A DNA stretch of 64,000 nucleotides from an uncultured Acidobacteriota bacterium (GTDB lineage Bacteria > Acidobacteriota > Blastocatellia > RBC074), in NCBI GenBank assembly GCA_963796275.1, contig CAWCKY010000003.1, positions 1,376,001 through 1,440,000 on the forward strand. Reading direction: 5' to 3'. The first letter of the stretch is position 1. Each line of letters starts with the position of its first letter. Positions 20,209 to 29,637 of the stretch are shown here, piece after piece. Below the pieces are notes generated by a model. It did no database searches. It was not told the DNA's origin and saw only the letters and a program-made list of their open reading frames with translations. The translations under genes and the position numbers were made by a program.

Positions 20209-20224
20209 TGGTATTGCAATTGCA
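20209..20224 (+). promoter_or_regulatory. Putative sigma54 promoter of the lipid kinase-TPR operon
   Basis: TGGTAT-tgcaa-TTGCA with correct GG-N10-GC spacing, about 30 nt before ATG 20253. Confidence 0.55.
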
Positions 20225-20252
20225 AGATGCATCGTAAGCATAATAGAGAGTA

Positions 20253-21173
20253 ATGAATACCAAGTCGAAGAGAGCCTCATTAATATACAATCCAACTGCC
20301 GGAAATCTGCGGCGTGATCCGAGACAGATCGAACGGTTGAGTGCCGATTTACGGGCGCATGGAATCGAAACATCCCTGTTGAAGACCTGCTATGCGGGAC
20401 ACGCAACCGAACTTGCGAGGCAAGCGGTGAAGGAGGGATCGGATGTCGTCATCGTATGCGGCGGTGACGGCACGATCAACGAGGCCGCGCAGCCCCTGAT
20501 CGGGACTGAGACGACCTTGGCCGTCTGGCCATGTGGCACGGCGAATGTTCTGGCCGAAGAGTTATGTCTTCCGCGCAGCACTAAAGCTCTGGCGCAGCTG
20601 ATTGCAGGCGACCACGCGCGTACGATCAGCGTCGGCCGCGCGCAGAAACCTGAGAACGGCTGGCAACGGTATTTCCTGTTGATGGCAGGGATAGGGTTGG
20701 ACGCGACGATCGTGCAGGGTGTGGATTTGAACCTCAAACGTATGACGGGTATAGGCGCTTACATCGCGTCCGGAATCGATTATCTGGCGCGGCTGCCGAT
20801 CACTCCTTTTTCCCTCGATTTCAATGGGCGGAGTTACGAGAGCACATTCGCCGTCATCGCAAACGCCGCGCATTACGCAGTATGGTTCAGGATAGCTCCC
20901 GGAGCTAAGGTGGACGATGAAAATCTCGATATCTGCCTATTCAATGCGCGCAGCAGGCTGGCGTATCTCGGATACGCGTTCCTGAGTATGTCGGGTAAGC
21001 ATACGCGCCGTTCGGGTGTAATATATCAATCGGCGCGCGAGGCAAAGGCAAACTCCAACGATGCCGCACTCGTGCAACTCGATGGCGATGTCGTCGGCAA
21101 CCTGCCGATGCAATTTGAAATCGTGCCGCACGCCTTACGCGTGATCGCGCCGGAAAAAATGAAAAAAGAATGA
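20253..21173 (+). CDS. Diacylglycerol/lipid kinase family (YegS/BmrU)
   Basis: NPTAG, GGDGTINE, PCGTANVLA, AGIGLDA and QLDGD. Confidence 0.92.
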   Translation: MNTKSKRASLIYNPTAGNLRRDPRQIERLSADLRAHGIETSLLKTCYAGHATELARQAVKEGSDVVIVCGGDGTINEAAQPLIGTETTLAVWPCGTANVLAEELCLPRSTKALAQLIAGDHARTISVGRAQKPENGWQRYFLLMAGIGLDATIVQGVDLNLKRMTGIGAYIASGIDYLARLPITPFSLDFNGRSYESTFAVIANAAHYAVWFRIAPGAKVDDENLDICLFNARSRLAYLGYAFLSMSGKHTRRSGVIYQSAREAKANSNDAALVQLDGDVVGNLPMQFEIVPHALRVIAPEKMKKE

Positions 21174-21189
21174 GAGGTCTATAAATAGG

Positions 21190-22464
21190 ATGTTATCTTT
21201 GCTGGAAAAAGTCGTTTTGGCGATCACATTATCTGTGATTTACCTTGTTATGATACCGGTTGCAGGCCAGGCCCAGACCGTCGCCGGCAACGGAGATACG
21301 GAGATCGGCGGCGCCTTGCCGCCGGATATCATAGAGTTGCGGCGGGAAGCCAGTGCGGCAACTTACAATATCAATTACGCGGCTGCGCGCGAGAAATACG
21401 AGGAGATCAGAAAGCGACTTCCCCAGCATCCGGCGGGCGATCTCTACATCGCGACGTTGATCTGGCTTGAGCACTTGTATAAGAGCCGTCGCCTGCAAAC
21501 GGGTCTCTACAAGAATGATTCGAGTTTTTATGCGGGCGCCGAGAAGGCCAGGGAAGAGAGCGAGGGCGACGTCGTCGATCCGGCCGTCGATCGCGCTTTC
21601 CGGGACCGCATGGCGGCGGCGAAGACCAAAGCCCTGGCGCTGGTCAGCCGCAACAAGAACGACGCTGATGCGCTCTTCTATCTCGGGTCTTATTACGGGG
21701 TAATGGCTGGTTACGAGGCCTCGGTCGCACGGAAATTCTTCAGCGCGATGCGCAACGGCTCCCGCTGCGTCGATGCGCATCAGAAGGTGTTGAAGCTGAA
21801 ACCGGATTATTACGACGCATATCTATCAGTCGGGATGTACGACTATATCGTCGGCAGCTTGCCCTTCGCTTACAAGGCTATCGCCGCACTCGCCGGGTTC
21901 CGCGGAAACAAGCAGCGCGGGATAGAGCGTCTGCAGACGGTTGTGGAGAAGGAGTCCGACAGCGCTGATGATGCGCGCGTCCTTCTGCTGGCAGTCTTTC
22001 AGAATGAGAGGCGATACGATGATTCGCTGATCATTCTCGAGCATCTGAGCGAGAAATATCCGCGCAGTTATCTGGTCAAGCTCGAAAAAGCTTCCACTCT
22101 GGTCACTCTTAAACGCAGCGAAGATGCTTATCAGGCATTTGAAGGGTTGTTGAAGGACCCTGGGGCGACGCCGGCGGCTGATCTCATCAATTACCAATAT
22201 GCCGAGGCGCTTGCTTTAAACAAGGATTACCAGCGCGCGGTCGGTCATTTCCTGGCGGTACCCAATTCCACCGGGGCCGATGAAAATCTGGCGACTGTGT
22301 CTTTGTTGAGGGCGGCTCAGGTATACGACCTCGGTGGCCAACGAGATGAAGCGATCTCGCAATACAAGGTGGTATTGTCGCGTCCGAATGTTTATGACTC
22401 ACGAGTGCAGGCTGAGCGCGGATTGAAAGAGCCCTTTTCCGTCAAGGATAAGAAGGGGGATTAA
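21190..22464 (+). CDS. Exported TPR-repeat protein
   Basis: Signal peptide and helical repeats (DALFYLG, PDYYDAYLSVG). Confidence 0.8.
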   Translation: MLSLLEKVVLAITLSVIYLVMIPVAGQAQTVAGNGDTEIGGALPPDIIELRREASAATYNINYAAAREKYEEIRKRLPQHPAGDLYIATLIWLEHLYKSRRLQTGLYKNDSSFYAGAEKAREESEGDVVDPAVDRAFRDRMAAAKTKALALVSRNKNDADALFYLGSYYGVMAGYEASVARKFFSAMRNGSRCVDAHQKVLKLKPDYYDAYLSVGMYDYIVGSLPFAYKAIAALAGFRGNKQRGIERLQTVVEKESDSADDARVLLLAVFQNERRYDDSLIILEHLSEKYPRSYLVKLEKASTLVTLKRSEDAYQAFEGLLKDPGATPAADLINYQYAEALALNKDYQRAVGHFLAVPNSTGADENLATVSLLRAAQVYDLGGQRDEAISQYKVVLSRPNVYDSRVQAERGLKEPFSVKDKKGD

Positions 22465-22521
22465 ATTTCCATTTTTCATTTGTCAGTTCGTTGCTCGCCT
22501 GTCCGAGTCAATGACAAATGT

Positions 22522-23577
22522 TCAGTCGGTCCGCACGAGCGCAGTCGCTTCTTCATTATCCCTGGTCCGCGGCTTGCCGAAGAACCAGACGATGCCGATG
22601 CTCATAAAATAGAGTGCGACCATCGGGGCGGCAAACATGATCATAGTGGTGGCATCCGGGGTCGGAGTCACTACAGCCGAGACTATCGCAATGATCAGGA
22701 TCGCGTAACGCCACGACTTGAGCATCATCCTGGGCGTTAATAGCCCGATGCGCCCGAGTATGAAAGAGACCGTGGGAATCTGAAAGACGATGCCCAGGCC
22801 GAGCATGATTAACATGATCAGATTCAGGTAATCCTCGGCGTTAAGAAGTATCTGAAAACCTCCGCTCTCTCCCCAACTGAGCAGGAAGTCGCAGGCCTGG
22901 GGAAATGCGATTTTATAAGCAAAGGACGCGCCGAGCGCGAAGAACAGGGTAGCCATTGCCAGCACCGGCACGACGTAGCGCTTCTCGTGCTTATAGAGAC
23001 CGGGAGAAATGAAAGCCCAAACCTGGTAGAAAAGAAAAGGTATGGCGAGTGCAATGCCGGCGTAGAGCGCAACGACCATATAGATCGTGAATGCGCCGGT
23101 CAGAGTGGTCAAAACCAGCCTGTCGTTCAGCCCGGCAAAGGTACTTCCACTTAGGATATCTTTAATAGGCGTATCGGGTGCAAATCGATGGTCGCCGATC
23201 ACCCAGGGATGCACAAGTACGAGAATCGCCTCATTATCTTTGGTGATCTTTTTGACGGGGATGGTTGTGCCGGCCGAAATTTTGTTATTGTTGAGAGTGA
23301 TATCCTGGGGGATGCTGATGTAGGTGATCTCATTTTCACCGAATTGATTCAGGCCCGCCTCTTTGGCGGTGGCATTTTGTCTACTTTTCGCCTTTTGGAA
23401 TTGAGCTTGTACCGGAATGGCTAGAAAGTTATAAATCTCCTGTGAGAAGTAGAAACAGATTGCGAATGCTATCGCGACAGTCGCCACGGAATACATCAAC
23501 CTCTTACGCAATTCGTCGAGGTGATCGAGGAAAGACATCTGTAGGCCTTCTTGTTGTTCTTCCACTTGGGTGCTCAT
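22522..23577 (-). CDS. tatC: Twin-arginine translocase TatC with an enlarged first periplasmic loop
   Basis: MSFLDHLDELRKRL, WAFISPGLYKHE, FQIP and TPTPD. Confidence 0.95.
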   Translation of the reverse strand: MSTQVEEQQEGLQMSFLDHLDELRKRLMYSVATVAIAFAICFYFSQEIYNFLAIPVQAQFQKAKSRQNATAKEAGLNQFGENEITYISIPQDITLNNNKISAGTTIPVKKITKDNEAILVLVHPWVIGDHRFAPDTPIKDILSGSTFAGLNDRLVLTTLTGAFTIYMVVALYAGIALAIPFLFYQVWAFISPGLYKHEKRYVVPVLAMATLFFALGASFAYKIAFPQACDFLLSWGESGGFQILLNAEDYLNLIMLIMLGLGIVFQIPTVSFILGRIGLLTPRMMLKSWRYAILIIAIVSAVVTPTPDATTMIMFAAPMVALYFMSIGIVWFFGKPRTRDNEEATALVRTD

Positions 23578-23603
23578 CCGGATACCTGGCGGGTCGTCTG
23601 CAT

Positions 23604-24002
23604 CTAAATCCAGTGCTGTTTCTCGGGCTCTTTGGCGGCATCAGTAGGCGATTCAACGGCTGCGCCGTCAGTCTGCTGGCCGGATGAAGTAGATGGATTC
23701 ATACCATTATCAGAGGCTTGTTCGGATGTCTGGGCCGTCTCCGAATCGCCGTACGGATTATACGGATCGTTTGATCCCGATGAGTTGTAATCGTAATTTT
23801 CAGATGTGCTCGGGCTCTCGTCTTTGCGGACCTTCTCGAACTCGACTTCCTGTTCCCATGTGCGTTTGAAGTCATCCGAAGCCTTGCGAAATTGAAACAT
23901 TGCCTGACCCATGGACTTCCCGAGCTCAGGCAACTTGCGGGGCCCGAATACGATCAATGCGATCACGAGAATGAGGATAACTTCTGTCATTCCCAAACCC
24001 AT
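23604..24002 (-). CDS. tatA: Twin-arginine translocase TatA/TatB
   Basis: LGMTEVILILVIALIVFGPRKLPELGKSMG; adjacent to tatC. Confidence 0.88.
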   Translation of the reverse strand: MGLGMTEVILILVIALIVFGPRKLPELGKSMGQAMFQFRKASDDFKRTWEQEVEFEKVRKDESPSTSENYDYNSSGSNDPYNPYGDSETAQTSEQASDNGMNPSTSSGQQTDGAAVESPTDAAKEPEKQHWI

Positions 24003-24108
24003 ATCTCTACTTCTCACTTTCTAAGGCGGAAATTTCCAGGCTTGCTGCAACCATCTCCTACATCCCAAAAATAGACTATAAGTGACGCTCAGAGGTGAGT
24101 CAAGTAAG

Positions 24109-24211
24109 CAATGAATAATGGATAATTGATAATGGATAATTGATAATGCGAATCCTCAGTGGCGACAATCTATTCGAATTATCAATTATCCATTATCAAT
24201 TATCCATTATT
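24109..24211. repeat. Inverted heptamer tandem repeats (ATAATGG/ATAATTG versus CCATTAT/CAATTAT)
   Basis: aatgaataatggataattgataatggataattgataatg ... aattatcaattatccattatcaattatccatt. Confidence 0.85.
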
Positions 24212-25151
24212 GTTTCTTCTTGTTCGCGTAATAACCTTGCTTGGTGCGAATGTTCAGTTGTGGGCGCGCGACGCGGACATCGATCGCCCGCCAGCGGCCG
24301 TCCAGTCGCTCGTTCGATGATGAGTAAGAGAGCGTGTACTGGTTGCGCAACTCAATGACGGTGTTAGCGAATGCCTCGCGAAGCTTCGCCCCCCCGGGAT
24401 TGCGGAAGAATCTGCCGCCGGACTTTTCGGCCATGGTCTTCATCACTTCCGCACTTTTTTCGCGAATATTCGTATGGTTAACTGCGGAATCGGTCATATC
24501 GATGGCATAGATCATCGCATTCGCCGCAATCGCTTTTTTGATCGCCTGATCCATTGATGCCCGGCTATCTGTATCTCCTCCATCGGAGGCGATGAGGATG
24601 GCACGGCGGCGCTCGGGTCGTTTCGCAAGGTCCTCGGAGGCTTGGACGATCGCATCATAGAGAGGAGTTTTTCCCTCTGCTTGCAGATCCCAGACCGAGT
24701 CGGGGACCTCGCGCACCTCGGTGAAATCCTGCATTTTCTTTACTTTTTTTTCTTTGGTTCCGCCGAAAGTGTAAATCGCGAAAGTATCGCCTTCGCGTAT
24801 GCCGTCGATGAAATTGACGCAGGCCGCTCGTCCGAGAGTCAGCTTATGCTCCATGCTTGCGCTGGCATCCAGTAAGATGGCGGCGGCAAATGGCGTCTCT
24901 TCGAAAGAGAAACTGAGAATCTCCTGCTGCTTGCTATCTTCGAGAATGCGGAAGTCCGCGGCTTTCAGGTCGGGTACGTAGCGATCGTTAAGATCGGAGA
25001 TTGTCACATTGAGGACAACAAGGTTAGTCTCGACAGAAATCGTATCATCGACGGCATCGGACTTTTTCTCCTGATCCTGCTGTTGCGCGTTTATCGGCGA
25101 CAGGACCAGAGCGAGAATCAGAACTAGTGTGGGGGCTAATCTGCGATGCAT
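24207..25151 (-). CDS. Exported VWA-domain protein (acidobacterial type)
   Basis: MIDAS DASAS, TPLYDA, SDGGD, SGGR and ELRNQYTLSY. Confidence 0.88.
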   Translation of the reverse strand: MHRRLAPTLVLILALVLSPINAQQQDQEKKSDAVDDTISVETNLVVLNVTISDLNDRYVPDLKAADFRILEDSKQQEILSFSFEETPFAAAILLDASASMEHKLTLGRAACVNFIDGIREGDTFAIYTFGGTKEKKVKKMQDFTEVREVPDSVWDLQAEGKTPLYDAIVQASEDLAKRPERRRAILIASDGGDTDSRASMDQAIKKAIAANAMIYAIDMTDSAVNHTNIREKSAEVMKTMAEKSGGRFFRNPGGAKLREAFANTVIELRNQYTLSYSSSNERLDGRWRAIDVRVARPQLNIRTKQGYYANKKKQ

Positions 25152-25154
25152 AGT

Positions 25155-25652
25155 TCAATTGAGGTACCTTCGAAGAAGTTTGGTGAGCTGTATGACCTCA
25201 GTCGCGTCGCCGACCACTGCGAGGGAAATTACACGTCTCGACGTTTTGGCCAGATTTTCATTCAGTCGTTCACTCACCACGCATAATTGCTTGATTGCCT
25301 CCTCCAGGTTAGCGGGATGCGAATCGAGCGGCTCATCCTCCGAGCCGCCGGAATCCGAACGGATCTGGCGGGCGAATTTTTCGATATTTTTGAGCCTCTT
25401 TTCAGTCGCGCGCGGCAGCTGAGTCCGGCCATGCAAATCTTTCAAAAGCAGATTGGCTTCCTCTTCGATCTGCTCCCCTTTTTCCAGAATCTTCTTATGC
25501 TCGTTCTCTTCACGCTTGATCTGCATGCGCTTGAGCGTATCGAGCATGGTTTCGTTCTGTTCCTCGGGTATTGTCTGTTCTGAACTGACTACTTGCCCGC
25601 TGGCGCTAGAAGCGAGGAAGAGAAGCATAAAGACGAGGAAGTATGTGATCAT
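25155..25652 (-). CDS. Hypothetical exported helical protein
   Basis: Signal peptide; in an operon with its neighbours. Confidence 0.7.
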   Translation of the reverse strand: MITYFLVFMLLFLASSASGQVVSSEQTIPEEQNETMLDTLKRMQIKREENEHKKILEKGEQIEEEANLLLKDLHGRTQLPRATEKRLKNIEKFARQIRSDSGGSEDEPLDSHPANLEEAIKQLCVVSERLNENLAKTSRRVISLAVVGDATEVIQLTKLLRRYLN

Positions 25653-25666
25653 AGCGCACCGCTCTT

Positions 25667-26242
25667 TCAATATTCGCAGTTCAGGATACGCCGCGATGGA
25701 CGCTGACTGCTCGTCTTGACGCTCATATCAATGCCCAGGACCTTGCCTGCTATACCCCGTAACACTTCATCTTCAACCCTGCCGTTTGACTGACAGGCGA
25801 CCCATTTATTGCCTTCGAACGCGTCGGCGATACGCCCGTCGATGCGGGCGAAGACGAAGAGATGCGAACGCTTTTGATCGATCGGAGTCACCGTTATCTC
25901 GAGGACAAACCGGCCCGCCGTCCAGTTCCGAACCTCGTCGGCCGGCAAAGTGGCTAGATATTCGAGGTCTGTTCGCGTCGTGATGCCTTTACTGAACACA
26001 ACCGGAAGGGTGACCATCTTACCTTCGCGCGGCTTGCTCAAAGCCTCATCGAGCTTGATGTCGCACGTCTTAAGAATATCGCGAACGCTTTCAAGAATCA
26101 GTTCGCGCGGAAGATTAATGGTGAATGGATTATCGAGCGGAGGTTCCGGTTTGGGCCGATCGATCTGGATCTGCGCCTGGCTGATAGTGGACAGAAAGCA
26201 AATACCGATGATGGTTAGCAAGCATAATCTCAATTTTTTCAT
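25667..26242 (-). CDS. Hypothetical exported protein
   Basis: Signal peptide ending SQA; in an operon with the VWA gene. Confidence 0.7.
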   Translation of the reverse strand: MKKLRLCLLTIIGICFLSTISQAQIQIDRPKPEPPLDNPFTINLPRELILESVRDILKTCDIKLDEALSKPREGKMVTLPVVFSKGITTRTDLEYLATLPADEVRNWTAGRFVLEITVTPIDQKRSHLFVFARIDGRIADAFEGNKWVACQSNGRVEDEVLRGIAGKVLGIDMSVKTSSQRPSRRILNCEY

Positions 26243-26436
26243 ACGAGACACAATAGCAGGTTAGCTCAGAACTCATCAAGCCCAGTCTCTGTAAATGTCA
26301 ATGGAAAATTTTTCATATACATTTTGTAAGAATTACCTGATGAGACCTGTTGGGTTTCTCGCAACTAAATCGTCGAAATCTGCAATGAGCCTGATTTTAT
26401 TGGGTTTTACGCGTATTTTCGGATCAGCTCGATCTC

Positions 26437-26452
26437 TGGCACCAAGGTTGCA
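26437..26452 (+). promoter_or_regulatory. Sigma54 -24/-12 promoter
   Basis: TGGCAC-caagg-TTGCA, exact consensus. Confidence 0.75.
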
Positions 26453-26462
26453 CTTACCTGTG

Positions 26463-26586
26463 TGGGGCAACGAGATACCAGGTGGTAAACTCCACTGACG
26501 GTGTCAGGTGGTTACCAGGGTGAGGTAGGTAACCACAGTTATTGGGCGCTGCAAACATCCCACGGGTGCAGCGCCTATTATTTTTT
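26463..26586 (+). ncRNA. Candidate sigma54-dependent small RNA (~125 nt)
   Basis: Starts at the predicted TSS of the sigma54 promoter; hairpins ctgac/gtcag and gtggttacc/ggtaaccac; ends in a terminator stem tgggcgctgca/tgcagcgccta plus ttatttttt; no sense ORF. Confidence 0.6.
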
Positions 26587-26595
26587 CCAGCCAAC

Positions 26596-26624
26596 TTGAC
26601 ACGCCTTCTTTCCATAGCTATGTT
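26596..26624 (+). promoter_or_regulatory. Sigma70-type promoter of the M3-like gene
   Basis: TTGACA-N17-TATGTT. Confidence 0.55.
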
Positions 26625-26663
26625 GCCTGCCTTGACTTCTAATAAATAATCCGAGTGTAAAAA

Positions 26664-28160
26664 ATGCTGAGCGAATACCGCCAAAGCTATGGCGAATACC
26701 ATTCCGACATCAACCGCGAAGAGTATCTCTGCCGCTCCGGCCGCAAGCAGTGGCGTGAGACGGCGCAGATAACAGCCGAGTACAGCGATCTCTTTCGCCT
26801 ATCGGCAATAAAAGAACTCGAAGAGCTGCTCAAGGGGGTAGCCGAGTACCGCGAGACAGAACGGGCGAGCATCAAACGGCTTATCTCCTTCGCGGTAACC
26901 GGCAACCTCGCAACTCGAATCAGGGAGGTCACGGAAGAGATCGAAAGAATAGAAGATGTTTCGCAGATCGAATGGGATGGCCAGCTGATCGGCTTTCCGC
27001 AGTCGGCCGAGGTTTTAGCCAATGAGCCTGACGTTGTGCGCCGGCGCGACCTGATTGCTCGCCGCAACGATGTGATTAAAAGCGCCCAAGATGTTCGGGC
27101 TGAGAGGTTCGCGATAATGCAAGCCGCAGCGGTCGATCTCTCTTTCCCAAATTACTGTGTCATGGAGGGCCAATTAAACGGGATCGACTATCAAAGACTC
27201 GGGGAAGCCTCGAAGATAGTCCTGTCTAAGACCGAAAGCGATTACGTCACGGCGCTCTCGCGGTTATTTACGCGTAGGGTTGAAATATCGATCGACGATG
27301 CATCTCAGGCTGATCTGGGCTATCTGCATCGGTTCGATGATTTCGATCATTACTTCACGCCCGCACAGATGTTCTCGTCCTATAGCGCGATTTTTGCCGA
27401 CCTCGGCTTCAAGACGGAGAAGCAAGAGAATGTCAAGATCGACTCAGAAATGCGTCAGGGTAAAAAATACTCGTCTTTCTGTTCGCCGATACGTGTTCCC
27501 GAAGAGATCAAGCTGGTGATCGGATTGGCGGGCGGGCAGTTGAATTACCGGGAATTCCTGCGCGCTGCGGGCCGGGCACAGAATTACGCCTGGACTTCCG
27601 CTCGTCTATATCCGGAATTCCGCATCGCGAAAGATCGAGCGGTGAAGGCGGGCTGGGGAATGCTGTTGGAAAACCTGTTTTATGACAGGAATTGGCTGTC
27701 GGGGACGTTCGGTTTTAAAGACAGCGAATGGTTCCGTCACGTACTCGGCGTGTTGCACTTGATGGCGGTCCGCACGGCCGCGGCGAAACTCGACTATGAA
27801 TTGGTTTTCCACTCCGGCAGCGGAAATACCGGCGCCCTCTATGCCGAATTGATGACCGACGCGGTGCGGGTGAAGTTCGATGAAACCGGGCATCTGCGCG
27901 ACGTGAGCGATCATTTTCATCCAGCCGACTACCTGAGGGCCTGCGCGCTCGAATCGCAATTGCGCGAGCATCTGAAATCGAAATTCGGTCTGCGCTGGTG
28001 GGCTTCACGCAAGGCGGGTGAGATGCTGATCGATCTGTGGAATACGGGTGATCGTTATACGGCGGAAGAGCTGGCATCCCTGATAGGATTGGGAAGATTG
28101 GATTTCGACTGGCTGGCGACAGAGTTGCTCGATCGCTTGCAAATGAGTAAGGAAGAATAA
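26664..28160 (+). CDS. M3/M32-like zincin homolog lacking HExxH (probable pseudo-peptidase)
   Basis: KKYSSFCSPIRVPEEIKL, GGQLNYREFL-RAAGR-AQNYA and DYLRACALESQLREHL...FGLRWW. Confidence 0.65.
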   Translation: MLSEYRQSYGEYHSDINREEYLCRSGRKQWRETAQITAEYSDLFRLSAIKELEELLKGVAEYRETERASIKRLISFAVTGNLATRIREVTEEIERIEDVSQIEWDGQLIGFPQSAEVLANEPDVVRRRDLIARRNDVIKSAQDVRAERFAIMQAAAVDLSFPNYCVMEGQLNGIDYQRLGEASKIVLSKTESDYVTALSRLFTRRVEISIDDASQADLGYLHRFDDFDHYFTPAQMFSSYSAIFADLGFKTEKQENVKIDSEMRQGKKYSSFCSPIRVPEEIKLVIGLAGGQLNYREFLRAAGRAQNYAWTSARLYPEFRIAKDRAVKAGWGMLLENLFYDRNWLSGTFGFKDSEWFRHVLGVLHLMAVRTAAAKLDYELVFHSGSGNTGALYAELMTDAVRVKFDETGHLRDVSDHFHPADYLRACALESQLREHLKSKFGLRWWASRKAGEMLIDLWNTGDRYTAEELASLIGLGRLDFDWLATELLDRLQMSKEE

Positions 28161-28320
28161 TAAACGCGAAAAACGCAGAAAACGAATTGCCGGAAGAGGA
28201 ACTTATGGTTCGCTCGGGTTGAGGACGCCCGGGCTAGATCAAAGGCTTAGGCGGCAACGAAACCGCATTTTAGAAATCCGGTTCGAACTGAGCGAACCGG
28301 GAGTAGGAAAGGGGGTAGCG

Positions 28321-29421
28321 GTGCAATCGAAGATTGTTCACGTTGCGCTCGGTGAGCGCAGCTATGATATCGCCATCGCCGGTGGCGCATTGTTGCGGGT
28401 CGGGGAACTAACGCGCGATGCGCTAGGTGACAAGGCGCGCCGGGTCGCGGTCATCACAAATCCCGTAGTCGACTCTTATTACGGCAAAGGAGTCGTCAAG
28501 AGTTTGAAACGCGCGGGATTCGTCGTCCTCACACATCTGATCGCCGATGGCGAGCCCGCCAAGTCGATCCGCACAGCCGAACGGCTCTGGGCCTTTTTAA
28601 TCTCGCATCGGTTTGAACGAGGCGACGGGATTATCGCGCTCGGCGGCGGCGTGGTGGGGGACCTTGCCGGATTTGCCGCTGCGACGTTTCTGCGTGGAAT
28701 GGATTACGTTCAGGTTCCCACCACCCTGCTTGCTCAGATCGATAGTTCGGTCGGCGGCAAAACGGGCGTCAATCACGCGCTGGGTAAAAACCTGATCGGC
28801 GCTTTTCATCATCCGCGGGCGGTCGTGATCGATCCGCTCACTTTAAGGACGCTTCCGGAACGCGAGCTGCGCGCTGGGCTTTACGAAGCGATCAAGTATG
28901 GAATCATCAGAGACAGAGACCTGGCTGTCTTCATACGCGATAACATAGGGGCGATCGATGCTCTCGACCCCCAGACGTTGATCCGTATCATCGCTCGTTG
29001 CTGCGAGATAAAGGTCGATGTGGTGGTGGCCGACGAACGAGAATCGGGATTGCGCCGCATCCTCAACTTCGGACACACCGTGGGCCACGCGCTCGAAGCG
29101 GTGACGTCATATCGGCGATTGAAACACGGCGAGGCGGTCGGCTATGGCATGAAGTGCGCCGCGGCGATCGCAGAGAAAGCCGGAGTAGTTGCGCAACCTG
29201 ATGCCGAGGCGATCAGAAGCGGCATCGATGCGCTCGGAAGGTTGCCGCGCATCTCTGATTTGAAGGCAAAGGATGTTATAGCGGCGATGGCCCACGACAA
29301 GAAAGTAGCACAAGGGAAACTCCACTTCGTCCTGCCTACCAGGGTTGGTGAGGTTGTGGTGCGTGACGATATCGCACCAGCAGTGATCCGCGCGGCCGTA
29401 CGGGAATTGATTGCGGATTGA
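28321..29421 (+). CDS. aroB: 3-dehydroquinate synthase
   Basis: GGGVVGD, PTTLLAQIDSSVGGKTG, KNLIGAF, LNFGHTVGHA, HGEAV and DKK. Confidence 0.97.
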   Translation: MQSKIVHVALGERSYDIAIAGGALLRVGELTRDALGDKARRVAVITNPVVDSYYGKGVVKSLKRAGFVVLTHLIADGEPAKSIRTAERLWAFLISHRFERGDGIIALGGGVVGDLAGFAAATFLRGMDYVQVPTTLLAQIDSSVGGKTGVNHALGKNLIGAFHHPRAVVIDPLTLRTLPERELRAGLYEAIKYGIIRDRDLAVFIRDNIGAIDALDPQTLIRIIARCCEIKVDVVVADERESGLRRILNFGHTVGHALEAVTSYRRLKHGEAVGYGMKCAAAIAEKAGVVAQPDAEAIRSGIDALGRLPRISDLKAKDVIAAMAHDKKVAQGKLHFVLPTRVGEVVVRDDIAPAVIRAAVRELIAD

Positions 29422-29637
29422 GATTGACTATATAAATTTAAAGACATTGTTTTGTCGCACACCTCAATTGGTAAACTTCTTGCCTTCATAAATCATTTTG
29501 TTTAGACTGGCTTTCTCCTGATTATCCCCCCAACAAGACCCAGTTATTTCAAGTTGTGATTCCCTTAGTCTTAGGGGATCGCACCGCACTTCCTCCATCA
29601 TTTTTTCGACTCATCACATGCCAGGGGAGGTATTGCA

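Noticed and set aside
26454-26702. 82-aa minus-strand ORF over the sRNA candidate
   Set aside because: No recognisable RBS or motifs; it overlaps the next gene's start, and the promoter and terminator signals are on the plus strand
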